Shown here one piece after another: positions 47,051 through 55,144 of a DNA stretch of 64,000 bases (position 1 is the first letter of the stretch; each line of letters opens with the position of its first letter). The notes under the pieces are model-generated. The model was not told the origin of the DNA. It saw only the letters and a program-made list of their open reading frames with translations, and ran no database searches. Both the position numbers and the translations under genes were made by a program. The stretch lies in NCBI GenBank assembly GCA_003246755.1, contig QKDC01000102.1, forward strand, positions 32,804 through 96,803, given 5' to 3'. The DNA is from Gemmatimonadota bacterium. Its GTDB lineage: Bacteria; Gemmatimonadota; Gemmatimonadetes; Gemmatimonadales; GWC2-71-9.

Positions 47051-47140
47051 TGGCACCACGGTCGACACTCCCGGCAAGACTGATCGGATGGCATGCGAGA
47101 GGGAGGTGGGACAATGCCCACCTCCTTCCCGCACCGCCGG

Positions 47141-47668
47141 TTAGAAGTTCGCTCGAAAGCCTAATCCGAAAGGCCAGACCCAGCCGGCCTTGGTACCGAG
47201 CTCAGCCTCCTTGGTGAAGGCGATATCTCCCTGGGGGCTGATCAGGAGATCGAACTGATCCGAGAGCGCGATGGCGATTTTGGCGCCCGCGTTGATCGCG
47301 GGATAGGTGAAGCTTTCTGCCAAATCTCCGCCGAATTGGACGAGGCCGCCGCCCAGGTTGACCGTCACGGTCACCTTCTCGGAGGTGTAGAGATCGTAGC
47401 CGACCTTCCCCATCAAGTGGTAGGTGTTGATCTTCCCGGTTTCACCCTTGATGCCATGGTAGCCGACATCCCCGTCGACCATGAGGCGGATCCGGTCGCT
47501 CGCGAGATAGCCCAACCCTGCACCGAATCCAGGGCCGACTTCGGCGGCATCGGCGATCCCGAAGGTTGGCACCACGGCCACGCCGCGCGCCTCAAGGCTG
47601 AACTGCGCCTCTGCCGGACTGGCCAGCAGGGCGAAGAGTGCCAGGACTGGCAAGGACTTCTTGATCAT
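47141..47668 (-). CDS. Small outer-membrane beta-barrel protein
   Basis: ATG 47668 is preceded by AAGGAG. Signal peptide MIKKSLPVLALFALLASPAEA, alternating beta-strand pattern, and a C-terminal ..GFRANF (terminal Phe). Confidence 0.75.
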   Translation of the reverse strand: MIKKSLPVLALFALLASPAEAQFSLEARGVAVVPTFGIADAAEVGPGFGAGLGYLASDRIRLMVDGDVGYHGIKGETGKINTYHLMGKVGYDLYTSEKVTVTVNLGGGLVQFGGDLAESFTYPAINAGAKIAIALSDQFDLLISPQGDIAFTKEAELGTKAGWVWPFGLGFRANF

Positions 47669-47708
47669 ATTCCCGTTCTCCTTTGAACTCGAGTGAATCA
47701 CGACAGAA

Positions 47709-47726
47709 ACGTGGCAAACGCCACGT
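47709..47726 (-). promoter_or_regulatory. Perfect inverted repeat in the predicted 5' UTR of the OM-barrel/photolyase operon
   Basis: ACGTGGC-aaac-GCCACGT (7-bp arms) containing the CACGTG palindrome. Lies between the predicted -10 (47758-47763) and the start codon at 47668. Confidence 0.4.
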
Positions 47727-47757
47727 GGGACCGGCCCATCTGCCGTTTCCCGAGGGC

Positions 47758-47786
47758 AGAATACACAACCGGAGCTTGTTTGTCAA
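47758..47786 (-). promoter_or_regulatory. Predicted sigma-70 promoter for the OM-barrel/photolyase operon
   Basis: On the minus strand: TTGACA (47786-47781), 17-nt spacer, TATTCT (47763-47758). Confidence 0.55.
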
Positions 47787-47797
47787 GCGTTTGTCTA
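47776..47797 (-). promoter_or_regulatory. Two tandem 11-bp direct repeats (candidate CarH/LitR operator)
   Basis: Minus strand TAGACAAACGC (47797-47787) followed by TTGACAAACAA (47786-47776). The second repeat is the -35 of the minus-strand promoter and both lie in the spacer of the plus-strand promoter. Confidence 0.5.
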
Positions 47798-47804
47798 GTA
47801 TTCT
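47776..47804 (+). promoter_or_regulatory. Predicted promoter for the SDR/DUF2867 gene
   Basis: TTGTTT (47776-47781), 17 nt, TATTCT (47799-47804). An alternative is TTGTCT (47791), 16 nt, TATTCT (47813). ATG at 47832. Confidence 0.4.
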
Positions 47805-47831
47805 ATTGGACATATTCTCTACAAAGGTGTC

Positions 47832-49310
47832 ATGAGCAACCAGAACAGCGCGCGACGAGTGTTGGTGACGGGGGCCTCAGGCTATGTGGGCGGGCGACTT
47901 GCCCCGCGCCTCGCGGCGGCGGGGTTCGGGGTCCGGTGCTTAGCCCGGCGGCCGGAGGAACTGGCGCACCGGATGCCGGGCGGTGTCGAAGTGGTCGGCG
48001 GTGACCTGCGGGACCCCGCAGCCGCACGATCGGCGCTCGAGGGGGTGGAAAGCGCCTTTTATCTCGTGCACTCGATGGGGCGCTCCGAGCACTTCGCGTC
48101 TGAGGAGGCCGCGATGGCCACCACATTTGCCGAGGCGGCGAGGGACTCGGGTGTTCGACGTATCATCTACCTCGGCGGGCTTGGGGCTGACGGTCGGCTC
48201 TCCCCGCACCTCGCATCACGCCAACGCGTCGGGGAGTTGTTACGGGCCTCAGGTGTGCCAACCATCGAATTCCGGGCGTCGATCGTCATTGGATCCGGGA
48301 GCCTGTCGTTCGAGATGATTCGCTCGCTGGTCGAGCGGCTTCCGGTCATGGTGACCCCCCGATGGGTGAGCAAGAAGGCCCAGCCGATCGGGATCGAAGA
48401 CTTGCTGCAGTATCTGATAGCCGCGCTCGCCCTCGAGGGGTCCACGTCCGGGGTGTTCGAGATTGGGGGAAAGGACCAGGTGTCCTACCGTGACCTGCTC
48501 CTCGAATATGCTCGGCAGCGAGGGCTGCACCGCGTCATGATACCGGTACCGGTGCTGACGCCGCGTCTGTCCAGTCTCTGGCTCGCTCTCGTGACACCCG
48601 TGTACGCCAGGGTCGGGCGCCAGTTGGTCGATTCGATTCAGCACGATACCGTGGTAACCGACGAGCGAGCTCTTGCCGTTTTCCCCCTTCGACCCGCGGG
48701 CATGAGTGCTGCCATCGCCCGTGCCTTGGCCAATGAGGATCGCGAGTTTGCGGAGACGCGGTGGTCGGATGCCTTCTCATCCTCGGGGTTGTCGATGCAC
48801 TACGGTGGGGTCTCTCTCCACCGCCGCATTATCGACTCCCGGGCCATCAACGTTCCCGTTCCACCAGCTGTTGCTTTTCGACCCATCGAGCGCATCGGCG
48901 GAGCCAATGGGTGGTACTTCGCCGACTCGGTCTGGACACTCCGGGGTTGGCTCGACCTTCTCGCCGGTGGTGTTGGGATGCGCCGAGGCCGACGCGATCC
49001 CGAACAACTCGTGCCGGGAGATGCCGTGGACTGGTGGCGCGTGGAGGCCGTGGATCGCGGCGTCCGTCTCCGACTCCGGGCGGAGATGAAACTGCCCGGA
49101 CGTGCATGGTTGCAGTTCGATGTCGAAAGAGCGGAAGGGGGGAGTGTGGTCCGTCAGACGGCCCTCTTCGACCCGCGGGGCTTGCTGGGGCTCCTCTATT
49201 GGTATGCCCTCTACCCAATTCACGTGATCATCTTCCGAGGCATGCTGCGCGAGATTCAGCTGCGGGCTATCGCGCTGGCCTCGTCGACCAACTCCACAAC
49301 TTCGGTCTAG
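47832..49310 (+). CDS. Atypical SDR/NmrA-like NAD(P)-binding protein with C-terminal DUF2867-like domain
   Basis: Rossmann motif VLVTGASGYVGGRL. A ~200-aa C-terminal extension typical of SDR-DUF2867 fusions. Confidence 0.8.
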   Translation: MSNQNSARRVLVTGASGYVGGRLAPRLAAAGFGVRCLARRPEELAHRMPGGVEVVGGDLRDPAAARSALEGVESAFYLVHSMGRSEHFASEEAAMATTFAEAARDSGVRRIIYLGGLGADGRLSPHLASRQRVGELLRASGVPTIEFRASIVIGSGSLSFEMIRSLVERLPVMVTPRWVSKKAQPIGIEDLLQYLIAALALEGSTSGVFEIGGKDQVSYRDLLLEYARQRGLHRVMIPVPVLTPRLSSLWLALVTPVYARVGRQLVDSIQHDTVVTDERALAVFPLRPAGMSAAIARALANEDREFAETRWSDAFSSSGLSMHYGGVSLHRRIIDSRAINVPVPPAVAFRPIERIGGANGWYFADSVWTLRGWLDLLAGGVGMRRGRRDPEQLVPGDAVDWWRVEAVDRGVRLRLRAEMKLPGRAWLQFDVERAEGGSVVRQTALFDPRGLLGLLYWYALYPIHVIIFRGMLREIQLRAIALASSTNSTTSV

Positions 49311-50245
49311 GCGCTGACGACCAGGGCTTGGAGCACGGCTCTCAGGCTCGGCACGTCTCTCACCCATACCCCTCGAAGCTGGCGGATCGTCTCTTCGTAC
49401 GTCTGCGAAGCTTGTCCTCCCACGAGAAGTGCCACCCCCTCCCCGAGGAGTTGACCTAAGTGCATCAACTCGTCCCGGATATTCGGCGCCGTGGTCGTGA
49501 TACTGACCGCCACGGCGCGGGCGCGGGTGGCCTCGGCGACGCGGGCGATTTCCTGCGCTGGCAGGTCGCCCGAGAGGAACATGGTTCGCCAACCCTCCAA
49601 TGCCGCGACTGCGGTTACCAGGAGCGCACCCAATTCATGTCGCTGCTGAGCTGGAGTCGCGACGAGGATCAGTGGCGCCTCGTCTCCGGGTTGCAGGGTT
49701 TCCGTGAGACGCATGAGTGTCTGTCGGAGTAGCCCAGAGGCTAGGTGTTCGTAGCCCGCTGACATCTCCCCGGTATCCCAGAGTCGGCCGATCTCATACA
49801 TCAATGGGCGAGCGACGGACTCGAGGAACACCAAGGGTGGCAGGGCACTACAGGCCCGTTCGAGCCCCAGGCGCAAACGCTTCGGATCACAGGCGGTCGC
49901 CGCACCCACGACCTCTCGCAGATATGGGGTGGCGTCGTGCTCGTCAGTGCGCCCTGTCGCTGGAGTGCGGGTGCCTTCTGCCGCGCGATCCTCCGCCACG
50001 AGTTGCTGGAGTTCGGGGAGCCCCAGTCGGGCGACCTGCCCCACCCGGCGTCCAGCACCGATCGCCAACCGGATCAGGCGGAGCCGCTCCACGTCGAGAT
50101 CCGAGTACCGGCGCCGACCCGTCGTGCTCCGACCTGGGGTAACCGCCTCATAACGGCGTTCCCACGCGCGCAGGACGTCGGCCGTCAATCCCGCTCGGCG
50201 GGCCACGACCTGAATCGGGTGGCGGGGCTCGGTGGAGAATTCCAT
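49307..50245 (-). CDS. carH: MerR-HTH plus cobalamin-binding light-responsive regulator (CarH/LitR family)
   Basis: ATG 50245 gives [38 protein letters not shown] (MerR HTH). Helical bundle with W-x9-E-H ([12 protein letters not shown]). Rossmann B12 signature QRHELG..x41..SIT..x26..GG. Confidence 0.85.
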   Translation of the reverse strand: MEFSTEPRHPIQVVARRAGLTADVLRAWERRYEAVTPGRSTTGRRRYSDLDVERLRLIRLAIGAGRRVGQVARLGLPELQQLVAEDRAAEGTRTPATGRTDEHDATPYLREVVGAATACDPKRLRLGLERACSALPPLVFLESVARPLMYEIGRLWDTGEMSAGYEHLASGLLRQTLMRLTETLQPGDEAPLILVATPAQQRHELGALLVTAVAALEGWRTMFLSGDLPAQEIARVAEATRARAVAVSITTTAPNIRDELMHLGQLLGEGVALLVGGQASQTYEETIRQLRGVWVRDVPSLRAVLQALVVSA

Positions 50246-50255
50246 TTCAGAGGAC

Positions 50256-50284
50256 AAACTAGAGAAACGTACACCCTTTGTCAA
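50256..50284 (-). promoter_or_regulatory. Predicted promoter of the carH-like gene (near-leaderless)
   Basis: Minus strand TTGACA (50284-50279), 17 nt, TAGTTT (50261-50256). The ATG is only 10 nt after the -10. Confidence 0.5.
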
Positions 50285-50294
50285 ATATTGGTCT

Positions 50295-50316
50295 TTGACA
50301 AAACCTTGACAACATG
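50295..50316 (+). promoter_or_regulatory. Two tandem 11-bp direct repeats plus an inverted third copy (candidate CarH/LitR operator)
   Basis: TTGACAAAACC (50295-50305) followed by TTGACAACATG (50306-50316). An inverted copy, TTTGTCAAA, is at 50277-50285, and GACAAAC at 50253-50259. Confidence 0.55.
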
Positions 50317-50334
50317 GCATTCACTCGATATAAT
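50306..50334 (+). promoter_or_regulatory. Consensus sigma-70 promoter for the fasciclin/lipid-modification operon
   Basis: TTGACA (50306-50311), exactly 17 nt, TATAAT (50329-50334). Both hexamers match consensus perfectly in a GC-rich genome. AAAGGAG Shine-Dalgarno at 50401 before ATG 50414. Confidence 0.65.
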
Positions 50335-50413
50335 CATCGACAGGTGCTGGACAAGCTGTCTTTTCGAGCAACCGTGCTCAACATGTCGTTCAACCTCGGA
50401 AAAGGAGTTCACC

Positions 50414-50917
50414 ATGTTTCGTGCTGTCATCCCCGCTGTCGCCCTCGCTGCTCTGGGGTTTGCACCCCAGGCCGCCGTTGCCCAGACCAAGGCTCCGGCG
50501 CCGGATATCGTTGAGATTGCCGCATCTGCCGGCACCTTCAACACGCTGGTCGCCGCGGTCAAGGCCGCTGGCCTGGTCGATGTACTGAAGAGCGATGGCC
50601 CGTTCACGGTCTTTGCCCCGACCGATGAGGCGTTCGCCAAGCTCCCGGCGGGCACCGTCGAGAGTCTCCTCCTGCCGGAGAACCTCGAGCAGTTGAAGGC
50701 CGTGCTGACCTATCACGTTGTAGCCGGAAAAGTGCTCGCCAAGGATGTGGTCGGGCTCAAGACCGCCAAGACGGTGCAGGGGCAGTCGCTGACGGTCAAG
50801 ATCATGAATGGGGTACCGATGGTCGATAACGCCCAGGTGATCAAGACCGACATCATGGCCAAGAATGGCGTGATTCACGTGATCGATCAGGTCGTGTTGC
50901 CCAAGACCAACAAGTAG
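50414..50917 (+). CDS. Secreted fasciclin (FAS1) domain protein
   Basis: Signal peptide [26 protein letters not shown]1 motifs [10 protein letters not shown] and [13 protein letters not shown]. The track ORF 49937..50917 is trimmed to the ATG preceded by a Shine-Dalgarno. Confidence 0.88.
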   Translation: MFRAVIPAVALAALGFAPQAAVAQTKAPAPDIVEIAASAGTFNTLVAAVKAAGLVDVLKSDGPFTVFAPTDEAFAKLPAGTVESLLLPENLEQLKAVLTYHVVAGKVLAKDVVGLKTAKTVQGQSLTVKIMNGVPMVDNAQVIKTDIMAKNGVIHVIDQVVLPKTNK

Positions 50918-51040
50918 TTTCCAGGGCCGCCTGCGGTGGACCGCCCTTCTCTGGTCCATCGCAGGTAGGTTCCCTCCAACTCGATATCGCCCCTCCGCTT
51001 GGGATGCGATGTCACCTGATGCACTGAGGAGACGGTGAGC

Positions 51041-51928
51041 ATGGGTTGGATCTCTCGGGTGGCCAAGTCGTTTGTCTTGTGGTTCGACACGCATGCCGTT
51101 GCTCCGGACACGATGTTGGCCAAGGACGTGGTGGACTGGTACCGCGTGATCCCCTTCATCGCCGTGCACGTGGCCTGTCTCGGTGTGATCTGGGTGGGAT
51201 GGAGCTGGACAGCGGTCGCAATCGCGGCGGGTCTCTACGCCGTGCGCATGTTCGCCATTACGGGGTTCTACCACCGGTACTTTTCACACCGCACCTTCCA
51301 GACCTCTCGCCTGACGCAATTCATCTTCGCCCTCCTGGGTGCCAGCTCGGCTCAGCGGGGTCCGCTCTGGTGGGCTGCCCATCATCGAAAGCACCACAGA
51401 CACTCGGACACCGAGCTCGATGTGCACTCCCCTGGGCAGCATGGCTTCTGGTGGAGTCACATGGGGTGGATCACGGCGCCGGGCAACTTCCCCACGGACC
51501 TGAACGAGGTGCGGGATCTCGCGAAGTATCCCGAACTACGCTTCCTGGATCGTTTCGATATCCTGGTTCCGGCCGCACTGGCCGCGACCCTGTTCCTGCT
51601 GGGCGGTGCGCAGTGGCTGATCTGGGGATTCTTCGTGAGCACCGTTGTGTTGTTCCACTGTACCTGCTTCATCAACTCGCTGGCACATCAACTCGGGACG
51701 CAACGCTACGATACCGGCGACCACAGCCGCAACAGCTTCTTGTTGGCCCTCGTCACCTTCGGGGAGGGGTGGCACAACAACCACCACAAGTATCCCGGGG
51801 CAGCACGTCAGGGATTCTTCTGGTGGGAAATCGATCTCACCTACTACGGTCTCTGGCTACTGGCGCGGCTGAGAATCATCTCCGATCTGCGGGGGGTGCC
51901 ACACCGTCTCCTCCAAGCACGCTCCTGA
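51041..51928 (+). CDS. Membrane acyl-lipid/acyl-CoA fatty acid desaturase (three-His-box)
   Basis: His boxes HRYFSHR, HRKHHRHSD and HNNHHKYP. ATG 51041 follows GAGGAG; the track start GTG 51035 is also possible. Confidence 0.88.
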   Translation: MGWISRVAKSFVLWFDTHAVAPDTMLAKDVVDWYRVIPFIAVHVACLGVIWVGWSWTAVAIAAGLYAVRMFAITGFYHRYFSHRTFQTSRLTQFIFALLGASSAQRGPLWWAAHHRKHHRHSDTELDVHSPGQHGFWWSHMGWITAPGNFPTDLNEVRDLAKYPELRFLDRFDILVPAALAATLFLLGGAQWLIWGFFVSTVVLFHCTCFINSLAHQLGTQRYDTGDHSRNSFLLALVTFGEGWHNNHHKYPGAARQGFFWWEIDLTYYGLWLLARLRIISDLRGVPHRLLQARS

Positions 51929-53157
51929 TGCGGATTGCGATCGTGGGGAGTGGGGTATCGGGCCTGATCGCGGGGTACCTGTTGTACCCCATGCATGACG
52001 TGACCGTGTTCGAGGCCGATTCGAGGATCGGTGGCCACGTCAACACGATCCCGGTGACGATCGACGGGAATGTCTGGCCCGTGGATACAGGATTCATTGT
52101 CTACAACGAACGCAACTACCCCCTCTTCACCAGGCTGCTGGCGCGACTCGGTGTCGAGACCCAGGCGTCTTCCATGGGGTTCAGCGTCCGCTGTGCCAGC
52201 ACGGGACTGGAGTACAACGGGTCGAGTCTTCGACAGCTGTTTGTCCAACCTCACAATCTCTTGCGCCCGCGATTCTATCGCATGCTGCGGGACATCCTCC
52301 GCTTCAATCGCGAGGCCCCGCGGGACGTGGCCGGCGGGACCGCAGCGACCATTCTGGGCGACTACCTGCAGGCTGGGGGGTATGGGCGGGAGGTGAGGGA
52401 CCACTACCTCGTCCCCATGGGCTCCGCATTGTGGTCGATGCCGCGGAAGAGCGTCACCGAGATGCCGACAGCGTTCTTCGTGCGGTTCTTCGAGCAACAC
52501 GGAATGCTCACCGTGGATGATCGACCCGAATGGCGCGTCGTGACCGGGGGCTCGGACCGCTACGTGAAGGCTCTGACCGCCGGATTCGGCGAGGCGATTC
52601 GCACCCGGTCACCCGTGCACGAGATTCGTCGCGCAATAGACCATGTTCGGGTGAATGGCGAGCGCTTCGATCAGGTGATTCTCGCCTGCCATGCCGATCA
52701 GGCTTTGGAAATGCTGGCGGATCCGTCACCCGCCGAAAGCGAGATTCTCGGGAGCTTCCCCTATCAACACAACGAGGCACTGCTCCACACCGATACCTCA
52801 ATACTTCCCAGCCGATCGCGTGCGTGGGGCGCCTGGAACTACTACCTCCGTGGTGATGCTGAGTCGGCTGCGACCGTGACCTATGACATGAACATCCTCC
52901 AGACCCTCTCCGCCCCCGAGACGTTCTGCGTGTCGCTCAACGCCGAGGACATCGTCGATCCGGCAAGGGTGTTGCACCGGGTGGCGTACACCCATCCCCA
53001 ATACACTGCCAAGGGACACGCAGCACAGGCACGTCGCGCCGAAATCAGCGGCCGAAGGTGCACGCATTACTGTGGCGCCTACTGGGGGTTTGGATTTCAT
53101 GAGGATGGTGTGCGGAGCGGGGTCGAGGCAGCGAAAGGGTTCGGGGCAGACCTGTGA
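51928..53157 (+). CDS. NAD/FAD-binding oxidoreductase (amine-oxidase/COG2907-like)
   Basis: MRIAIVGSGVSGLIAGYLL..VFEADSRIGGH dinucleotide-binding motif. The ATG overlaps the desaturase stop (TGATG). The N-terminal part of track ORF 51046..53157 is an out-of-context extension. Confidence 0.85.
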   Translation: MRIAIVGSGVSGLIAGYLLYPMHDVTVFEADSRIGGHVNTIPVTIDGNVWPVDTGFIVYNERNYPLFTRLLARLGVETQASSMGFSVRCASTGLEYNGSSLRQLFVQPHNLLRPRFYRMLRDILRFNREAPRDVAGGTAATILGDYLQAGGYGREVRDHYLVPMGSALWSMPRKSVTEMPTAFFVRFFEQHGMLTVDDRPEWRVVTGGSDRYVKALTAGFGEAIRTRSPVHEIRRAIDHVRVNGERFDQVILACHADQALEMLADPSPAESEILGSFPYQHNEALLHTDTSILPSRSRAWGAWNYYLRGDAESAATVTYDMNILQTLSAPETFCVSLNAEDIVDPARVLHRVAYTHPQYTAKGHAAQARRAEISGRRCTHYCGAYWGFGFHEDGVRSGVEAAKGFGADL

Positions 53158-53912
53158 AAAGTCGACTCTACATCGGAGCCGTCCGACACCGTCGGTTTCA
53201 CCCAGTGCCCCACGCATTCCGCTACCCCCTCTTCATGCTCTATCTGGACCTGGCGGAACTCCCCGTGGTGTTCGACGGGCGCTGGCTCTGGTCGGCCAGA
53301 CGCCCCGCTCCAGCCTGGTTTCGCCGAGCCGACTACCTCGGCGACGCAGCCGTACCGCTGGCCGACGCGGTGCGCAATACCGTATCGGCACATGGGGGCA
53401 AGCCACCCACCGGACCGATCCGGATGCTCACCCACCTCCGGTACTTCGGGTACGTACAGAACCCGGTCACCCTCTACTACTGCTTCGACACGGACGACCG
53501 TTCCGTCGATACGATCGTGGCGGAGATCACCAACACCCCGTGGGGTGAGCGGCACGCCTATGTCCTGACGCGCGAGGACAATCTGGGGAAGAACGGAGTG
53601 CAGCGGTTCCGGTTCGAGAAGGCATTCCATGTCTCCCCGTTCATGGCCATGGATCACCAGTATGATTGGCGGTTCAACGAACCGGGACGACGGCTGGTGG
53701 TACATATGGAAAACCGTCAGGCCGGCTCGAAGATCTTCGACGCCACCTTGGCGTTACGACGGGAGGCAATGACGGGTCGTGCGCTGGCGTCCGCGCTCGC
53801 GCGCTATCCCTGGATCACGGCGCGGGTAGCCCTGGGGATCTACTGGCAAGCACTGCGGTTGGGGATCAAGCGGGTCCCCTTCCACACGCATCCACGAAAG
53901 CAGGTTACATGA
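53154..53912 (+). CDS. DUF1365 family protein
   Basis: MKSRLYIGAVRHRRFHPVPHAFRYPLFMLYLDLAEL is the characteristic DUF1365 N-terminus. GTGA overlap with the upstream stop. Confidence 0.85.
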   Translation: MKSRLYIGAVRHRRFHPVPHAFRYPLFMLYLDLAELPVVFDGRWLWSARRPAPAWFRRADYLGDAAVPLADAVRNTVSAHGGKPPTGPIRMLTHLRYFGYVQNPVTLYYCFDTDDRSVDTIVAEITNTPWGERHAYVLTREDNLGKNGVQRFRFEKAFHVSPFMAMDHQYDWRFNEPGRRLVVHMENRQAGSKIFDATLALRREAMTGRALASALARYPWITARVALGIYWQALRLGIKRVPFHTHPRKQVT

Positions 53913-55144
53913 GATTGCTCCAGGAGCTCACGGAAAGGGCAGTCCGTCAACGCTTGCACCGATTGACACATGGAAGACTCACACTCAACTACGAGACTTC
54001 CACCACGGTCTTCGGTCAGGGCAACGGTCCGGCGGTCAGTGTGACAGTCCACGACTCCGCCTTCTTCACCGCACTCGCCTTCGGAGGGCACCTCGGTGCC
54101 GCCGAGGCCTACATCGACGGGGCATGGGAAACCGACGACCTCACCAGTTTGGTACAGCTCTTTCTCAAGAACCGCGATGTCCTCGACGGACTGGAGCGGG
54201 GGTGGGCCCGTCTCGTGCAACCGGTGCGGAAAGCACTCCACGCGTTGAGCCGAAACTCCCGGTCCGGGAGTCGTCGTAACATTCGGGCACACTACGACCT
54301 CGGCAACGAGTTCTTCGCACTCTTCCTCGACGACACGCTCACCTACTCCTGCGGCGTCTTCGAGCACGAGAGCAGCACCATGCGGGACGCCTCCGTGGCC
54401 AAGTACGACCGGCTCTGTCGCAAGCTGGAGTTGTCGCCGGAAGATCATGTTCTGGAAATCGGCACCGGGTGGGCCGGTTTCGCCGTACACGCGGCGAGTA
54501 CGTATGGTTGCCGGCTTACGACCACGACGATCTCCGAGCAACAGTATCAACTTGCGATCAAGCGCGTCGCCGACGCCGGACTCACGGATCAGGTCACCGT
54601 CCTGCGGCAAGATTACCGCGACCTCGAGGGTAGCTTCGACAAACTCGTCTCCATCGAGATGATCGAGGCGGTCGGGCATCAATACTTCGACACCTACTTT
54701 GCACAGTGCGCGCGCCTCCTCAAGCCGCATGGTCTCGCGGCGATCCAGGCGATCACCATCCAGGACCGGTACTACGATTCCGCGCGTCGCGAGGTGGACT
54801 TCATCAAGCGCTACATTTTTCCGGGCAGCTGCATTCCCGCCGTGTCCGTCCTGGCGGCATCGGCCGCGCGTACCGATCTCCGGTTGGTGCACCTCGATGA
54901 CATCACACCCCACTACGCCGAGACACTCCGGCTCTGGCGGAACCGATTCGTCGCGAACTGGGACCGCATCAAGGCCTTAGGGTTCTCGGCTGAATTCAAA
55001 CGACTCTGGGAGTTCTACTTCTGCTACTGCGAAGGCGGATTCCGCGAAGCCGTGCTGGGTGACGTGCAACTGCTGTTCGCCAAGCCCGCCGCGCGTCCTG
55101 CACTGGCAAGGCCTGGAGCCACATCGGTGGTCACCCCCGCATGA
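53909..55144 (+). CDS. Cyclopropane-fatty-acyl-phospholipid synthase family SAM methyltransferase
   Basis: CMAS family: HYDLGNEFFALFLD, SAM motif VLEIGTGWAGFA, C-terminal FYFCYCEGGF. ATGA overlap with DUF1365. Confidence 0.9.
   Translation: MRLLQELTERAVRQRLHRLTHGRLTLNYETSTTVFGQGNGPAVSVTVHDSAFFTALAFGGHLGAAEAYIDGAWETDDLTSLVQLFLKNRDVLDGLERGWARLVQPVRKALHALSRNSRSGSRRNIRAHYDLGNEFFALFLDDTLTYSCGVFEHESSTMRDASVAKYDRLCRKLELSPEDHVLEIGTGWAGFAVHAASTYGCRLTTTTISEQQYQLAIKRVADAGLTDQVTVLRQDYRDLEGSFDKLVSIEMIEAVGHQYFDTYFAQCARLLKPHGLAAIQAITIQDRYYDSARREVDFIKRYIFPGSCIPAVSVLAASAARTDLRLVHLDDITPHYAETLRLWRNRFVANWDRIKALGFSAEFKRLWEFYFCYCEGGFREAVLGDVQLLFAKPAARPALARPGATSVVTPA

Noticed and set aside
51046-53157. 703-aa reading frame suggesting a desaturase-overlapping giant protein
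   Set aside because: Only the part from ATG 51928 (MRIAIVGSGVSG..) has a dinucleotide-binding fold. The upstream 294 codons are an alternative frame of the desaturase gene, which has three clear His boxes.
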